Source: the human T2T-CHM13v2.0 reference genome, Homo sapiens. Taken from it: a stretch of DNA of 64,000 bases. The DNA is taken from the NCBI GenBank assembly GCA_009914755.4, contig CP086569.2, positions 8,800,001 through 8,864,000 of the forward strand, written 5' to 3'. The notes under the pieces were generated by a model. It saw nothing but the letters and a program-made list of their open reading frames with translations. It made no database searches and had not been told where the DNA came from. Position numbers and translations under genes: made by a program. Shown here one piece after another: positions 44,205-57,174 of the stretch (position 1 is the first letter of the stretch; each line of letters begins with the position of its first letter).

Positions 44205-44724
44205 TTTTTGGGAACAAGCTCCCCAAAATCTGGCCATAAACTGGCCCCAAAACTGGCCATAAACAAAATCTCTGCAGCACTGTGACATGTTCATGATGGC
44301 CATAACACCCATGCTGAAAGGTTGTGGGCTTACTGGAAGGAGGGCAAGGAACACTTAGCCCCCCACCCCCACTCAGGGTGGAAAACCACTTAAAGACACT
44401 CTTAAGCCACAAATAATAGCATAAGTGATCTGTGCCTTAAGGACATGCTCCTGCTGCAGTTAACTAGCCCAACCTATTCCTTTAATTAGGCCTATACCTT
44501 TGTTTCCCATAGGGGATACTTTTAGTTAATTTACTATCTATAGAAACAATGCTAATTTCTGGCTTGCTGTTAGTAAATATGTAGGTAAATCTGTGTTTGA
44601 GGCTCTCAGCTCTGTAGGCTATGAGACCCCTGATTTCCCAGTTCACACCTCAATATTTCTGTGTGTATGTCCTTAATTCGTCTAACGCCACTGAGTTAGG
44701 GTCTCCCCGACCAAACTGGTATCA
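44205..44724 (+). repeat. Provirus 2 5' LTR (~520 bp)
   Basis: (t)tgggaacaagctccccaaaatctggccataaactggccccaaaactggccataaacaaaatctctgcagcactgtgacatgt...gttagtaaatatgtaggtaaatctgtgtttgaggctctcag...ttagggtctccccgaccaaactggtatca. ORFs 44163..44354(-) and 44185..44412(-) are LTR-derived and duplicate 50674..50922 and 50720..50935. Confidence 0.75.
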
Positions 44725-44876
44725 GCAAGTGGCATCCATTGTTGGGGCTCAAATCCAGATTGGAAGGTCACCAGAGTGATGGCTGGAGAATGTGAAACTA
44801 GCTGGACGACACCTGAGTACTCTTAGCCAATCCCCATGGTGAGTAAGAAGGGGAGCTCAGAATCATCAGGGTAACA

Positions 44877-46210
44877 ATGGGACAAGTGTGGGTTCTGGTT
44901 CATTTCACCTTGGAACTTTTCACACTGCTGATGAGGAGGAAGGAGAGTATAGCGAAGTAAAAGAAGAGGTTACAGAGCATGTTTATTTGCCAGCTAAAGC
45001 TAAAGCGGCAAAGGAAGGAGAGGTTCATCCCTACCCTTCTGCATTCCCTCATTATTATTTTGAAGAAAAAGACCCTCCAGATCTTTCTTTTCTGGAGGAC
45101 ACTGGGCTAAAAGTAGTTGCCCCAGTGACTTTGAGCAGCGCCTTGAGTGACCACCCTTAGTTCTATTCAGGCAGGAATTCAGCAAGCCAGACAAGAGGGT
45201 GATTTAGAGGCTTGACAGTTCCCTGTTAGAATACACTCCCCAGATCAAGAGGGAAATATAATAGTTACATTTGAGGCTTTTCCTTTTAAATTATTCAAAT
45301 AATTTAAACAAGCTATAAATCAGTATGGACAAGGTTCTCCTTTTGTAATGGGACTGTTAAAGAATGTTGCTGTTTCCAGTCAGATGATTCCTACTCACTG
45401 AGATGCTCTTACTCAAGCTTGTCGAACTCCTGCTTAGTTCTTACCATTTAAAACTTGGTGGGCAGATGAAGCTTCCATTCAGGCTGCTAGCAATGCCCAT
45501 GCCCAACCTCAAATTAATATAATTGCAGACCAACTTTGGGGGTTGGTGGCTGGGCTGGTTCAGATTCACAACTAGTCATGCAGGATGATGCCATAGAACA
45601 GCTTAGAGGAGGGTGCATTAGAGCTTGGGAGAAAATAACTTCAAGTGGAGAACAATATCCTTCCTTTAGTCTCTTAAAAAGATGACTGCAGATTTGGCTG
45701 CTTAGGATATAGTGTTGCAGTTACTAGTTTTGACAATGGTAATCCGGATTGCCAGGCTGCTCTGTGACCTATCAGAGGGAAAGCACATTTAGTTGACTAT
45801 ATCAAGGCCTGTGATGGTATCGGAGGTAATCTGCATAAAGCTACTGTGTTGGTACAGGCAGTGGCAGGACTGAGAGTGGATAAAGGAAATACTCCATTTC
45901 CTGGAGCTTCTTTTAACTGTGGAAAGCATGGTCATACTAAAAAATAATGTAGAAAAAAATCAGCGAGTCAGGACACCAGATAGGAGAAAAAAGAAAACTG
46001 CTGAGGCTGAAATATGTCCAAAATGTAAAAAAGGAAAACATTGGACTAATCAGTGTCACTCTAAGTTTGATAAAGAAGGGAACCCAATTTTGGGAAATGC
46101 CATGAGATGCCCATCCCGGGCCCATTGTCAACCAGCACATTTTCAACTCTGGCCATTCCCTCACCACTGTACAGTGTCTGTCCCCCACCACAGCTGGTAG
46201 TGCCACTGTA
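44877..46210 (+). pseudogene. gag: gag remnant (frameshifted; nucleocapsid zinc knuckle recognisable)
   Basis: ATG GGA CAA (MGQ...) at 44877 hits a stop after 27 codons. ORF 45919..46200 reads ...EICPKCKKGKHWTNQCHSKFDKEGNPILGN (compare HERV-K [28 protein letters not shown]). Confidence 0.75.
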
Positions 46211-46231
46211 GATTTATGCTGCACAAAAGCT

Positions 46232-46400
46232 GTGAGCCTTCTGCCTGGGGAACCCCTGCAAAAGATCGCAACAGGAGTCTGTGGACACTTGCCAGCAGGG
46301 ACAATACGATTACTTCTAGGCAGGTCTACTTTAAGTTTAAAAGGGGTACAAATACATACAGGAGTCATTGATTCAGATTATAATGGGCATTGCAGGAAGT
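46232..46400 (+). pseudogene. pro: pro N-terminal dUTPase fragment, interrupted at motif 3 by the inserted block
   Basis: ORF 46232..46489 reads LPAGTIRLLLGRSTLSLKGVQIHTGVIDSDYNGH, then runs into unrelated sequence (CRKLATPNRGTH...). Confidence 0.75.
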
Positions 46401-46404
46401 TAGC

Positions 46405-47440
46405 GACCCCGAACAGAGGAACCCACAGAAGCCATGGCAGAACACACATTATGAAGATTTCATGGACATTTATTCATTCCCCAAGTTAATACTTCTATAA
46501 TTTCTTGCAACTGTCTTCACTGCAGTCTTTTAACATAAACTGTGAAGATTTCATGGACACTTATTATTTCGCCAGTCAATACCCTTGTGATTTCCTATGC
46601 CTGGCTTCACTTTATTCTCTTAATTCTGTCATCTTCCTAAGCTGAGGAGGATGTATGTCGCCTCAGGACCCTGTGATGATTGTGTTAACTGCACACATTA
46701 TTTGTATAGCATGTATATTTGAACCATATGAAATCTGGGCACCTTAAAAAAGAACAGGATAACAGCAATGTTCAGGGAACAAGAGAGATAACCTTAAAAT
46801 CTGACTGCTGGTGAGCTTGCAGAACAGAGCCATATTTCTATTCTTTCAAAAGCAAATGGGAGAAATATAACTGAATTCTTTTTCTCAGCAAGGAACATCC
46901 CTGAGAAAGAGAATGCATCCCTGAGGGTAGGCCTCTAAAATGGCCACTTTGGGGGTGTGGCCATCTTTTATGGTAGAAGCTGTAGGGATTAAATGAGGCC
47001 CAGTCTCCCATAGCACTCCCAGGCTTATTAGAATGAGAAAATTTCTGCCTAATAAATTTTTGGTCAGACTGGTTGTCTGCTCTCAAACCCTGTCTCCTGG
47101 TAAGATGTTATCAATGACAACGCATGCCTTAAACTTCATTAGTAATTTTAATTTTGCCCCAGTCCTGTGGTCCTGTGATCTCACCCTGCCTCCATTTGCC
47201 TTGTGATATCTTATTACGTTGTGAAGCATGTGATCTCTGTGACCCACACCCTATTCATACACTCCCTCCCCTTTTGAAAATCACTAATAAAAACTTGCTG
47301 GTTTTATGGCTCAGGGGGCATTACAGAACCTGCCAACATGTGATGATGTCTTCCCTGTCACCCAGCCTTAAAATTTCTCTTTTTTATACTTTGTCCCTTT
47401 ATTTCTCAGACTGGCTGACACTTAGGGAAAACAGAAAAAA
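46405..47440 (+). mobile_element. ~1.0-1.1 kb block shared with provirus 1 (15340-16440 minus), inserted in the dUTPase domain; contains an internal ~75 bp tandem duplication
   Basis: gaagatttcatggacatttattcattccccaagttaatacttctataatttcttgcaactgtcttcactgcagtc is immediately repeated as gaagatttcatggacacttattatttcgccagtcaatacccttgtgatttcctatgcctggcttcactttattc. The rest aligns with the reverse complement of 15340-16440. Confidence 0.6.
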
Positions 47441-47699
47441 ATCTATGTGAAATATTGGGGGTGAATTTTGCCTGATATCTGGCTGAATTTCCCCTGATAA
47501 ATGGGGAAATTAAATTATCATGTCTACTTCTGTTCCCTGGAAAGCAGAGCCAGGAGAGCACATAGCACAGCTCCTGATTGTGCCATATGTGAGAATGGGA
47601 AAATCTGAAATTAAATGAACAGAAGGATTTGGAAGCACAAATAAACAAGGCAAAGCAGCTTATTGGGTAAATCAAATTGCTGATAAACATCCTGCCTGT

Positions 47700-49700
47700 G
47701 AAATAACTACTAAGGGAAAGAAATTTAAAGGTTTGGTAGATACAGTAGTGGACATTTCAGTCATTTCTCTACAGCACTGGCTGTCTGGATTGCCAATTCA
47801 ACCAGCTCAATTTAACATAGTTGGAGTTGGTAAAGCCCCTGAAGTATATCAAAGTAGCTCTATTTTACAGTGTGAAGGGCCCAATGGACAACCTGGGACT
47901 GTTCAACCAATTATAACTTCTGTACCTATAAATTTATGGGGAAGATGTTTATTACAACAATGAGGACCACAATTTCTAATTTCAGAATAATTATATAGCC
48001 CTGAAAGTCAACATGCAATGCATGAAATGGGGTATGCCCCTGGTGGCTGCTAAGTAAAGAGAAACTGGAGGCTTTAGAGAAATTAGTTACTGAACAATTA
48101 GAAAATGGGCACATGACTTGAAAATTTTTCCATTGGAATTCTCCAGTTTTCATAATTAAGAAAAAACAGGTAAATGGAGAATGTTAACTGACGTAAGAGC
48201 CATCAACTCAGTTATACAACCTATGGGAACATTACAGCCAGGATTGCCTTCTACTGCTATAATTCCAAAAAATTGGCATTTAATAGTCTAGATTTGAAAG
48301 ACTGTTTCTTTACTATCCCTTTAGCTGAGCAAGACTGTGAATGGTTTGCATTTACAATTCATGTAGTAAACAACCCGCAGCCTGCTAAGTGTTTTCATTG
48401 TTTTATAGATGGGTCTAGTATGGTAAACCTTCTTATTCTAGCTCAAAAAGCAAAGTTTTCCAGATGTCCTATACTTCAGATCAAAAGCAGAGCTTGTAGC
48501 TGTAATTGAGGTATTTACTGCTTTTGAAATACCTATTAATGTGATTTCTTATTCTTCATGCATGGTTCATTCCACACAGTTAATTGAAAATGCTCAGTTA
48601 TGATTTCATACAGATAAACAACTGATGACTTCATTTACCCAATTGCAAACAGCAGTTAGAAGTAGAATACAATACACCCTTTTTACCTCACTCACATTAG
48701 GGCTCATATACCTCTTACAGGACCTTTAACTGAAGGGAATCAAAAGGCTAACCACCTAGTTGCTAATGCAATATCTAATGCTAGACACTTTCACAATTTT
48801 ACCCATTTTAATGCCTCCAGTCTCAAATGCTAGACACTTTCACAGTTTAACCCATGTTAATGTCTCTGGTCTCAAACACAGATACAGTATTACCTGGAAA
48901 TAAGCTAAAACTATTATCCAGCAATGCCCAACTTGCCAATTGGTACATTCCTCATCTTTTACAGGAGTTAATCCTTGAGGATTGGAAGCTAACTGTCTTT
49001 GGCAAATGGATGTCACACATACACCCTCGTTTGGGAGACTAGCTTATGTACATGTATGTGCGTACACATTTTCTCACTTTTTCTGGGCTATGTGCAAATC
49101 AGAAAAGTCTTCTGCCTGTGTTAAACATCACCTTTTGCAGTGTTTTGCAGTGATGGGCATTCCAGCTTCTAGGAAAACAGATAATGTCCCAGGCTATACT
49201 ATCCAAACTCTAGCTACATTTTTCTCTATGTGGAATATTAAACACATTACTGGTATCCCATATAATTCTCAAGGACAAGCCATAGTGGGAAGAATAAATC
49301 TTTCCCTAAAACAGCGGTTGCAAAAGCAGAAAGAGGGAAATAGAGAATACAGAACCCCACAGATGCAACCGAATCTAGCATTATTAACTTTAAAATTTTT
49401 GAACCTGCCCAAAGGCCAGATGTTATCAGCAGCTGAACAGCATCTACAGTAACCAGCTGCAAAGACAGAAGGAGAACAATTGATTTGGTGGAGAGATACA
49501 AAAACAAGAAGTTGGGAAATAGGTAAAATAATAACTTGCGGTAGAGGTTATGCTTGTGTTTCTCCAGGCCAAAATCAACAGCCAATTTGGACACCATCAA
49601 GACACCTGAAACCCTATCATGAGCCAGATTCTGGGAGGACCCTGAGGACCCCTCAGTTGCAGCCATGTTGAGGCTGATGCTGAGGAGGACTCCAACTGTC
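47700..49700 (+). pseudogene. pol: pro (protease) and pol (RT with internal deletion, RNase H start, integrase) remnant
   Basis: ORF 47733..47963 is protease-like LVDTVVDISVISLQHWLSGLPIQPAQFNIVGVGKAPEVYQSSSILQCEGPNGQPGTVQPIITSVPINLWGRCLLQQ. Positions 48000-48360 read ...[16 protein letters not shown].....[15 protein letters not shown], and ORF 48273..48509 reads [23 protein letters not shown], jumping straight to IDGSS (RT palm/thumb deleted). ORF 48982..49452 reads [31 protein letters not shown]...[15 protein letters not shown]...[17 protein letters not shown] (integrase). ORF 49480..49671 reads [48 protein letters not shown] (integrase C-terminus). Confidence 0.8.
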
Positions 49701-50720
49701 ATGAGAAACACCCATTGAACACAGCCACCTACCTGGGGACAGATCAAGAAGCTGTCACTGATGGCAGAAGAAAACCTGAGGAAAGTGGGACAACCAGTCA
49801 CAACAAGTAATTTAATGGTAGCTATGATAGCAGTTATCACCACTGCCATGAGTATTCCTTCAACAAGGGTTGAGACAGAGAGCAATTATACTTATTGGGC
49901 ATATTTATCAATCCTGGCTGGTACTTATGCCTGGATATAATCAATCTATGACACAGTAGCTCATGCTTTCTGATCTCAGTATTTACCATAATAAACCCGC
50001 TCCTATAATTGAGGCATACCGCCTTCAAAAACCTATTTGTAAACAAAACAGAACGTGGCCAAAAATAATGAACCTACTTGTTTATGAAGATTGCTTTGCA
50101 GAAGAGGCAGAGTGCTGCACAATGATTCCTATGGCATCATGATTGATTGGTCCCCTAAGAGGAGGTTTAGCTTGAATTACACCTCTCAGTCTGTGTGCCA
50201 TGGCCACACTATGTTCAGCTTGTCTGAACAAAATGGTCAGATGATAGAAATGATAAGAGGTACTGCAAGAATTCCTGTTATCTGGAACCATGGCAGTATA
50301 GTGGCACATCTACCTCAAATGATATGGCCCATCATAGAAACTAAACATAAGGATTTATGGAAACTATTAATAGCTCTTAATAAGATCAAGATTTGGGAAA
50401 GAATAAAAATAGTATCCAAAAGGACGCTGTACAAACTTATTTTTGGATATTGCAAAATTAAGAGTACAAATATTTAAAGCATCCCAGGCACACCTGACCT
50501 TAATGCCAGGAACTGGAGTGCTTAAAGGAGCTGCAGACAGATTCACAGCTAGTAACCCATTAAAATGGATAAAAACACTGGGAAGCTCTGTGATTTTAAT
50601 GATGGTTGTGCTTTTAATCTATGTTGTTTTTCTTTGTATAGTCTGCAGATGTGGACCCTGACTCCTTCAAGAATTAGCTCACCATGACAAAGCTGCCTTT
50701 GCTCTTATCAATTTGAAAAT
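49700..50720 (+). pseudogene. env: env remnant (SU middle fragment fused to TM C-terminus, ~1 kb deleted)
   Basis: ORF 50091..50477 reads RRGRVLHNDSYGIMIDWSPKRRFSLNYTSQS (compare HERV-K SU [27 protein letters not shown]). ORF 50443..50661 reads ...IFKASQAHLTLMPGTGVLKGAADRFTASNPLKWIKTLGSSVILMMVVLLIYVVFLCIVCRC (compare [63 protein letters not shown]). Confidence 0.8.
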
Positions 50721-50734
50721 CAAAGAAGGGGGCA

Positions 50735-51250
50735 TGTTGGGAACAAGCGCCCCCCCCAAATCTGGCCATAAACTGGCCCCAAAACTGGCCATAAACAAAA
50801 TCTCTGCAGCACTGTGACATGTGCATGATGGCCATAAAGCCCGTGCTGGAAGGTTGTAGATTTATGGGAATGAGGGCAAGGAATACCTGGCCTGCTGAGG
50901 GCAGAAAACCACTTGAAGTCATTCTTAAGCCACAAACAATAACATGAGTGATCTGTGCCTTAAGGATATGCTCCTGCTGCTGTTAACTATCCCAATCTAT
51001 ACCTTTAATTCAGCCAATACCTTCATTTCCTATAAGGGATAGTTTTAGTTAATTTGATATCTATAGAAACAATGCTAATGACTGGCTTGCTGTTAATAAA
51101 TACGTGGGTAAATCTCTGTTTGAGGCTCTCAGCTGTGAATGCTGTAAGACCTTTGATTTCCTACTTCACACCTCTAGATTTCTGTGTGTGTGTCTTTATT
51201 TCCTGTAGTGCCACCGGCTTAGGGTCTCCCCAGCTAAGCTGGTCTTGGCA
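50735..51250 (+). repeat. Provirus 2 3' LTR (~516 bp)
   Basis: TGTTGGGAACAAGCgccccccccaaatctggccataaactggccccaaaactggccataaacaaaatctctgcagcactgtgacatgt...gttaataaatacgtgggtaaatctctgtttgaggctctcag...ttagggtctccccagctaagctggtcttggCA. Confidence 0.75.
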
Positions 51251-52835
51251 CACAATATACAAGTAAGAAAATATGCTTAATATTCCCTAGGTTATATTTC
51301 GGTAAAGATATTTTGGTAAAATGTTATTTGTTTTGGAAGCTGTATGGAATTCCTGGAAATTTGTGAATGACCTATCTATTACATGTCCTAAGATAATATC
51401 TTGAGTCATAAGTCTAGTCATTATTTTAAATGTTGTTTGCCATAGAAGAAAACAAATTTTCTTGCTCATTGTAACATAATGAGTGTCATTAGATTTTTAA
51501 TCATGGCCATTTTGCACCTTTTCTAATTTGCAGGTAGTTATTATTTCAATATCATGCTTTTCCTTTTGCATCTGCATTGGCTAGAGGTCAGAATGTTTGT
51601 CTCCAACAAAGCACTGCCTCTGAGACCCATGGAAACAACTGTAATGGGTCCTCTGGGCACAAGCATCTGATGTCAAAGATTCAATAATTTTATGGTTATA
51701 CTATGGGACTGAGTAATGATATCCAGAACTCTAGTGGAGAAACTGATGGTCTCATGGAACTGCTAATACAAAATCAAATAAGACTGGAATCAATTACATG
51801 GTATTTAATGAGCTGATGAAGAATGATTATTTTACAGCTTTTGTTTTTGGTTTGGCAAATTGTTGGTTTTTTAATATTCTATTTTTCTGTGTTTAAGAAT
51901 CCCCATTTTTTCTCTTAGGCTAACTATTTAATAGATTACATTTTTGTAGACATAAGTGAAAGACTTACAAATCAAATATAAAATTTTAAGTTTCCCCTCA
52001 AACGTGCCCACCACAGGCATCTGAATGGACCCCTCCTTTTGGCCAAGGGCCTTTTAAAATTGGTTCAGGTCCTGAGAGGAAAGAAGGATAGACATGCTTC
52101 ATTATACACTCCACCTTTTTGAAATTTAGGGAAAGTTGACCATCATTAACATCAACACAGACCTTAAGTTTGACAAGAAATATTTACCACCTATTCTCTT
52201 TTAAGTCTGCCACATGGAGTCTTCCTCATCTTGATAAACTTTGTCTCTATGCTCCCTATTATTTACTGCAACCCAGTCATTCCTATCCATTGTTTCTATG
52301 TCTACAGAAAATAACTCTTTCAACAAACTGCCAATCAGAATGTATTTAAATATACCTATAACTTGAAAGCCCAGCCCCGCACCACCACTCACTTCAAGTT
52401 GTCCCACCTTTCTGGACCAAACAAATGTACATCTTACATGTATTTGATTGATATCTCGTGTCTCCCTAAAATGCAGAAAACTAGGCTGTTCCCAGTCCAT
52501 CTTGGGCACATGTTCTGAGGATCTTCTGAGAAGGGTTGTGTTATGGGCCATTGGTCACCCATATTTGGCTCAGAAAAAATCTCTTTAAATATTTTGCAGA
52601 GTTTGACTCCTTTCATGAACACATGTATCTTTTTTCTCCCTGCTTAGTCCTCCAGAATTTTGGATCTCATAAAATGTTCTTATTTTCATGGCAATATATT
52701 TTAGGTATTCATGCATATTTGTATGAATATGTCAATGTATATTTAAAGAAAAATAATGAAAGTTTACACCATGACTTCTCAGTTATGCCCTCTGGGAGAG
52801 CAATTAAAAAGGGTAAGTGAAAACTTTGGCTTTTT

Positions 52836-53745
52836 TATTACATACTCATGTAGGCATTCTGATTGAAGTGAGATGAAATCTCATTGTGGTTTTGATTTGC
52901 ATTTTCCTGATGGATTACTGATGCTGAGTGCTTTTTACTGTGTCCTCTGGGCAACTGTATGTCTTAGTTTCACAAATGAGCATTCATATCCTTAGTCCAT
53001 TTGTTTTCATGCTATTGAATTGTTGGAGTTCCTTATGTACTGTAAATATTCACCCATTAACAGATGTATAGTGATTCAATAATTTCACCCATCTTGTAGG
53101 ATGTCCCTTCCCTCTCTTCAGTTTCCTTTGGTGTACTGAAGCACCTTAGCTTGACATAACCCGATTTTATATTTTTGAAGGTGTTTACTGTGTTCCTGCA
53201 GTCACTTTGAGACCACCATTGCCCACACCGATGTCATAGAGCTTCTTCCTTGTGATTTCTTCTGGTATTTTTATGGTTTCTGGTCTGACATTCGAGTTCT
53301 GTGAGACATAATCTACTCTTAAAATCCTTTATGTGGATATTCAGGTTTTCCCCAACCTAGTTTATAGAAGATACCTGATTTTGCATTGTGCGTTCTTGCT
53401 TCTTTGGGATAAGGTCCTGAGCTGCAAATGCAGTGACTTGGTTCTGGGACCAGATTGTTTTTCATTAGCTCATGTCTCTGCTTGTCTGACAGTGCTGTTC
53501 TATTTTGGTGCATAAAACTTTGTAGCATATTGTGAAGTTAGGTAGTGTGAAGCCTCCAGCTTTGTGCTTTTTACTGGATTGCTCTGGGTCTTCAGGATCT
53601 TCTACCATTTCATAGCAAACTTAGGCTTCTCAGATTGTTTTTCTATGAAGAGTAGGTCATTGATACTTTTACAGGGGTTGTACAGAATCTGTAGACCACT
53701 TAGGTAGTAGTGATGTCAATGCCATTTAGACAATGTCTGTTTTCG
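52836..53745 (-). mobile_element. Old LINE-1 ORF2 fragment (antisense)
   Basis: gagatgaaatctcattgtggttttgatttgcattttcctgatgg is the antisense of ORF2 [14 protein letters not shown]. ...gtgaagcctccagctttgtgctttttactggattgctctgggtcttc parallels the young-L1 antisense at 590-660. Confidence 0.65.
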
Positions 53746-56700
53746 TGTGCACATGCTCAGGGCCGAGAGACACGCGGTGTCCTCACTAATACTTAGGTGG
53801 GTCCTAATGTCCAGCAGGATTGCCTTCCTGAACACACACAGAAGGTCCCCTTCCATTTTGCCATCTCTTCACATTTCCTCCCCTGTGAAACATGTGTCAT
53901 CCTCCAAATTCCTTGTGTGGTGACCTGTCTTTTCTGGCCATGGCAGAGGATGGGTGAATGAGGATGCTAGAGGGGAAACAGCATGTCAGGGGACCGTGGA
54001 GTCATTGACACAGAACTTGACAGGTCTGGGAGAGCTATTCTGGGAGGATGTAGACCTAGATGGGCCTCAGGTGGGCATTTGTGTGGAGGGTGAGAGCACC
54101 CTGGTTGAGTCCAAACTGAGCCTTAGATGGTAGCAGTCCTCAGGGCAGGGAAGTGAGATTACAAGGGATAATGAGGCAGCTATTCCTTGAGCCTGGCTTC
54201 TCACCCATTGACCTTAGTTACTTATGCCTCTTAAGCAGCTTAGGGTTCCCCAATCCTGAAATGTGGGTACTACAGTTCCCTGATGGGCCTTTCTCCCCCA
54301 GCCCATGCATGGTCTGAGTATGCTTACCGCAGTCCCTGAGCCTTGGCTTCGCTATGTGTCCTAGCTCCAGGACCCACAGGCCTCTCATCCCACAGGAGGC
54401 TGCTCCCCAGCCTCCTCTCTGTTCCCTCTCTGAGGGCCTAACTCCCTTGGGTAGCGCTGCATGAGATTGAGCCACAGGCCCTGGCTGATGATCTGGGGGA
54501 CTGGGCAAAGTGGTCATGACAGGTCAGGTTCTGGTTCAAAGCCAATTCCTCCGATGCCAAGTGGACCAGCAAGGTCCTTTCCCATGATGCCCCACCACCA
54601 CCCCACCTCAGCAACCCATCATACCCTGGGCAGTCACCATCAGCCAACCAGCTGAAGAAACTCAGTTAGGTGTGTCCTGCCTGAAACTGGGGCCTTCACC
54701 TGCATGATCCTAGAACCACTGGACACAGTGGAGCCAGTCACCCTCTATCCTGGAGTGAGAGAAGTTGGGAAGGCTCATGCCAAACCTAGCTTCCCACATA
54801 CCACCCCCTCTACCATGCGGGGAGGCACTCCTTATTGAGAATTCCAATGCAATACTCCTTAATGATCACTTCATTGTGGAAGTAAATGTTGTGATGAAAG
54901 GCATACTTCATCCTTCTGCCACTACTCAGGATGGCTGAGTTCCTCCACCTGCCTGTCCAAGAAGGAGAAAGAGGATGGTCAAGGGACAATTTCATCTAGG
55001 TCAGCTGAGGGGGCCTGCTGGCTGGGGCGAAGCATGCGATTTCCCTTCCCAGCTCTCCCATTGAGACATCCCTGAACCCCAGAAAGACCTCAACCTGACC
55101 AGGACTTGGAACCCTCCCCCAGAACCAGGCTCCCCATCCTCACTTGCAAATCCATCATGTAGCTTTGCAGGACTTCCTCATAGTTTCTGAGCTACTTGCT
55201 CTCACCAGAAATAATCACAACTTTTAAACTGTTCTTTATGTCAAATTAATTTTTTTATTTTTACTACCTCATGTTCTGCATGAGGTATGTGTTTTTAAAT
55301 TTATTTTCACCCTCTGTGATAAAGAGCTTACTAACATTCATACCATAATTATCTTTCAGTTTTAATTGTCTGTTCCTAAAGATTCACTGAAACTAAGAAT
55401 TCTATTTATGCTTGTATCTTTCAGCAACCATATGTCAGATAATGATGCCCATTACTGCAGAAATCATATATACAGTTCCAACGGTAGATGAAGAAGAAGA
55501 AGAAAGCAAGATTTAAAGTCTATATGTTCCTAGCACTGTATCAGAAACTTGGTAATCATAGTGAAATCAAAGAATGATCACAGTCAATTCCATCTCATAC
55601 CTAGACTGAAATATGAAATTTCAAAAGAAAAGAAAGTTAAGAATTTTGGGCTTATAAAAATTTTCCTAGATTGATAAAATTATTGGCAACTTTATCTCAC
55701 TAGAAAACATGAACAAAAATACATTTTTATATGTGTAAATATAAATATTTTCATTTCCATCAGTTATGACATGCAAGCAAGTAATAAAGTGAAAGTACAT
55801 TGCAATAATATATGGAACTTTCTCAGTCTCAAAATATTCCATTGACTATTAATTTTATGAAAACCATAAAGAACGCTTCATGAAACTACATTGTACAGTA
55901 CTTTTTAGTATTTTAGTTATATTTTGAATAATCAACATATTAAAAGGAATTCTTCAAAAGTATTTATTACCAATACCTTTATTCCATTTGAGTAATACTT
56001 TTGAAATTAAGTATTTTAAATAAAGCATTAAAAACAAATTTTATTGACAGATTTCAGCTTTTGAAGAAATCGTACTTCTGTATTTGTAGTAATGTGAAGT
56101 ATAACTTTCTCCTCACAATGAATCATTTATAACACCAGTGTTTTTTTTCTCTGATACAAACACTGTGATATCTTATAGCTTTACTGTATCCATATATTTC
56201 ATGCCTCCACAGAGTAGGCTTAAAACATAGAAAAATTGTACTTGTGACAAAATTCCTGGAAAGGGAATGGTAAAATGGGAGAAAATTTCTAACTTTCTGT
56301 TGGTCAATGGATTTGTATATCTTTAGATATAGACACACATTTGCACACTGCGAGTTTGCACATGTACATAAAAATTTATGTAATTTCATGTGTGAAATTT
56401 GATGAGGTTACCTTATCTGTACTCAATTCGATGGGAAGCAAACAAAGTCTCTGTCAATATTTCAATTAATCCAATAATGTTAACTGCTGATAGCTTCATT
56501 CTCCCTGATCCCTGTTGGCAACCTGAAACTTGATGCTCACTCGAATTCATTTCTCAGGGTACCATCCACAAGAGACAGTCACCTTGCTGTGGATTGTGAC
56601 CTCTGACTCCTCTTTCCTCCTATAGAAGTCCTACCTTTGCATATTTAATAAACTTTTTACATGGTTAAAAGGATAAAAGTTCAGTGAAATGTCAAGCCAT

Positions 56701-57174
56701 GCTGTGAAATATTCAATTGTTTCTATATCTCTAATTGACCTTTCATGTTATAGAGGACAAGAAAAAAAATTCAATATGTTTCTTAATATGCAGTCCAATG
56801 CACTCTTTCTTAATAATATTGCAAACCCATCCCTTCAAGGCACTGACATCTAAACATGGCTGGACATCTCAAAATCTCTTCTCATTAATAACCATTATGT
56901 TAAGCACTGTTGCCCAGAACTGGAATCTGACTGTGAAATCCCTAGGTAGAAATTGTTATAATGGCTCAAACTATGGGACTGACTATTTTTCACCTGAAAA
57001 TATCTGATAAGCATATACATATGCTATGTGCATGAACATATTGTACATTAACAATATATCATCACTGACAGTAAATAATAGGTGTCCCAAACTTATGGGC
57101 CAAACTGAGCTCAGGTGCTCCCACAAACCAAACTTTTACCTCCAGAGATTTTCTATGTCAAAAAATGGCTATTC

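Larger units (their letters stand above)
44205..51250 (+). mobile_element. Degraded betaretrovirus-like (class II, HERV-K/HML-type) provirus 2 on the plus strand, a different LTR family from provirus 1, with large deletions in RT and env
   Basis: LTR direct repeats lie at 44205-44724 and 50735-51250, about 85-88% identical by eye. The PPT aaagaagggggca (50722-50734) is directly upstream of the 3' LTR, which begins TGTTGGGAACAAGC, and the LTRs end ...CA. Between them, plus-strand ORFs run in the order gag-pro-pol-env. Confidence 0.85.

Noticed and set aside
49247-49885. 212-aa ORF on the minus strand, the longest non-L1 ORF in the window
   Set aside because: It lies entirely antisense to the provirus 2 integrase/env-junction region, and its translation (hydrophobic, low complexity) has no recognisable domain. 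It is most likely a chance open frame in the complement of a former coding region, which is common because sense-codon bias reduces antisense stops.
53745-55200. GC-richer ~1.4 kb segment with several 60-100 aa Pro/Gly/Ser-rich ORFs (54218..54517, 54438..54647, 54461..54655)
   Set aside because: There is no recognisable domain, no splice-consistent structure and no conservation cue visible. The ORFs overlap one another on both strands, as expected for chance frames in GC-rich DNA. It may be an old, unrecognised repeat, but I cannot support a gene call.
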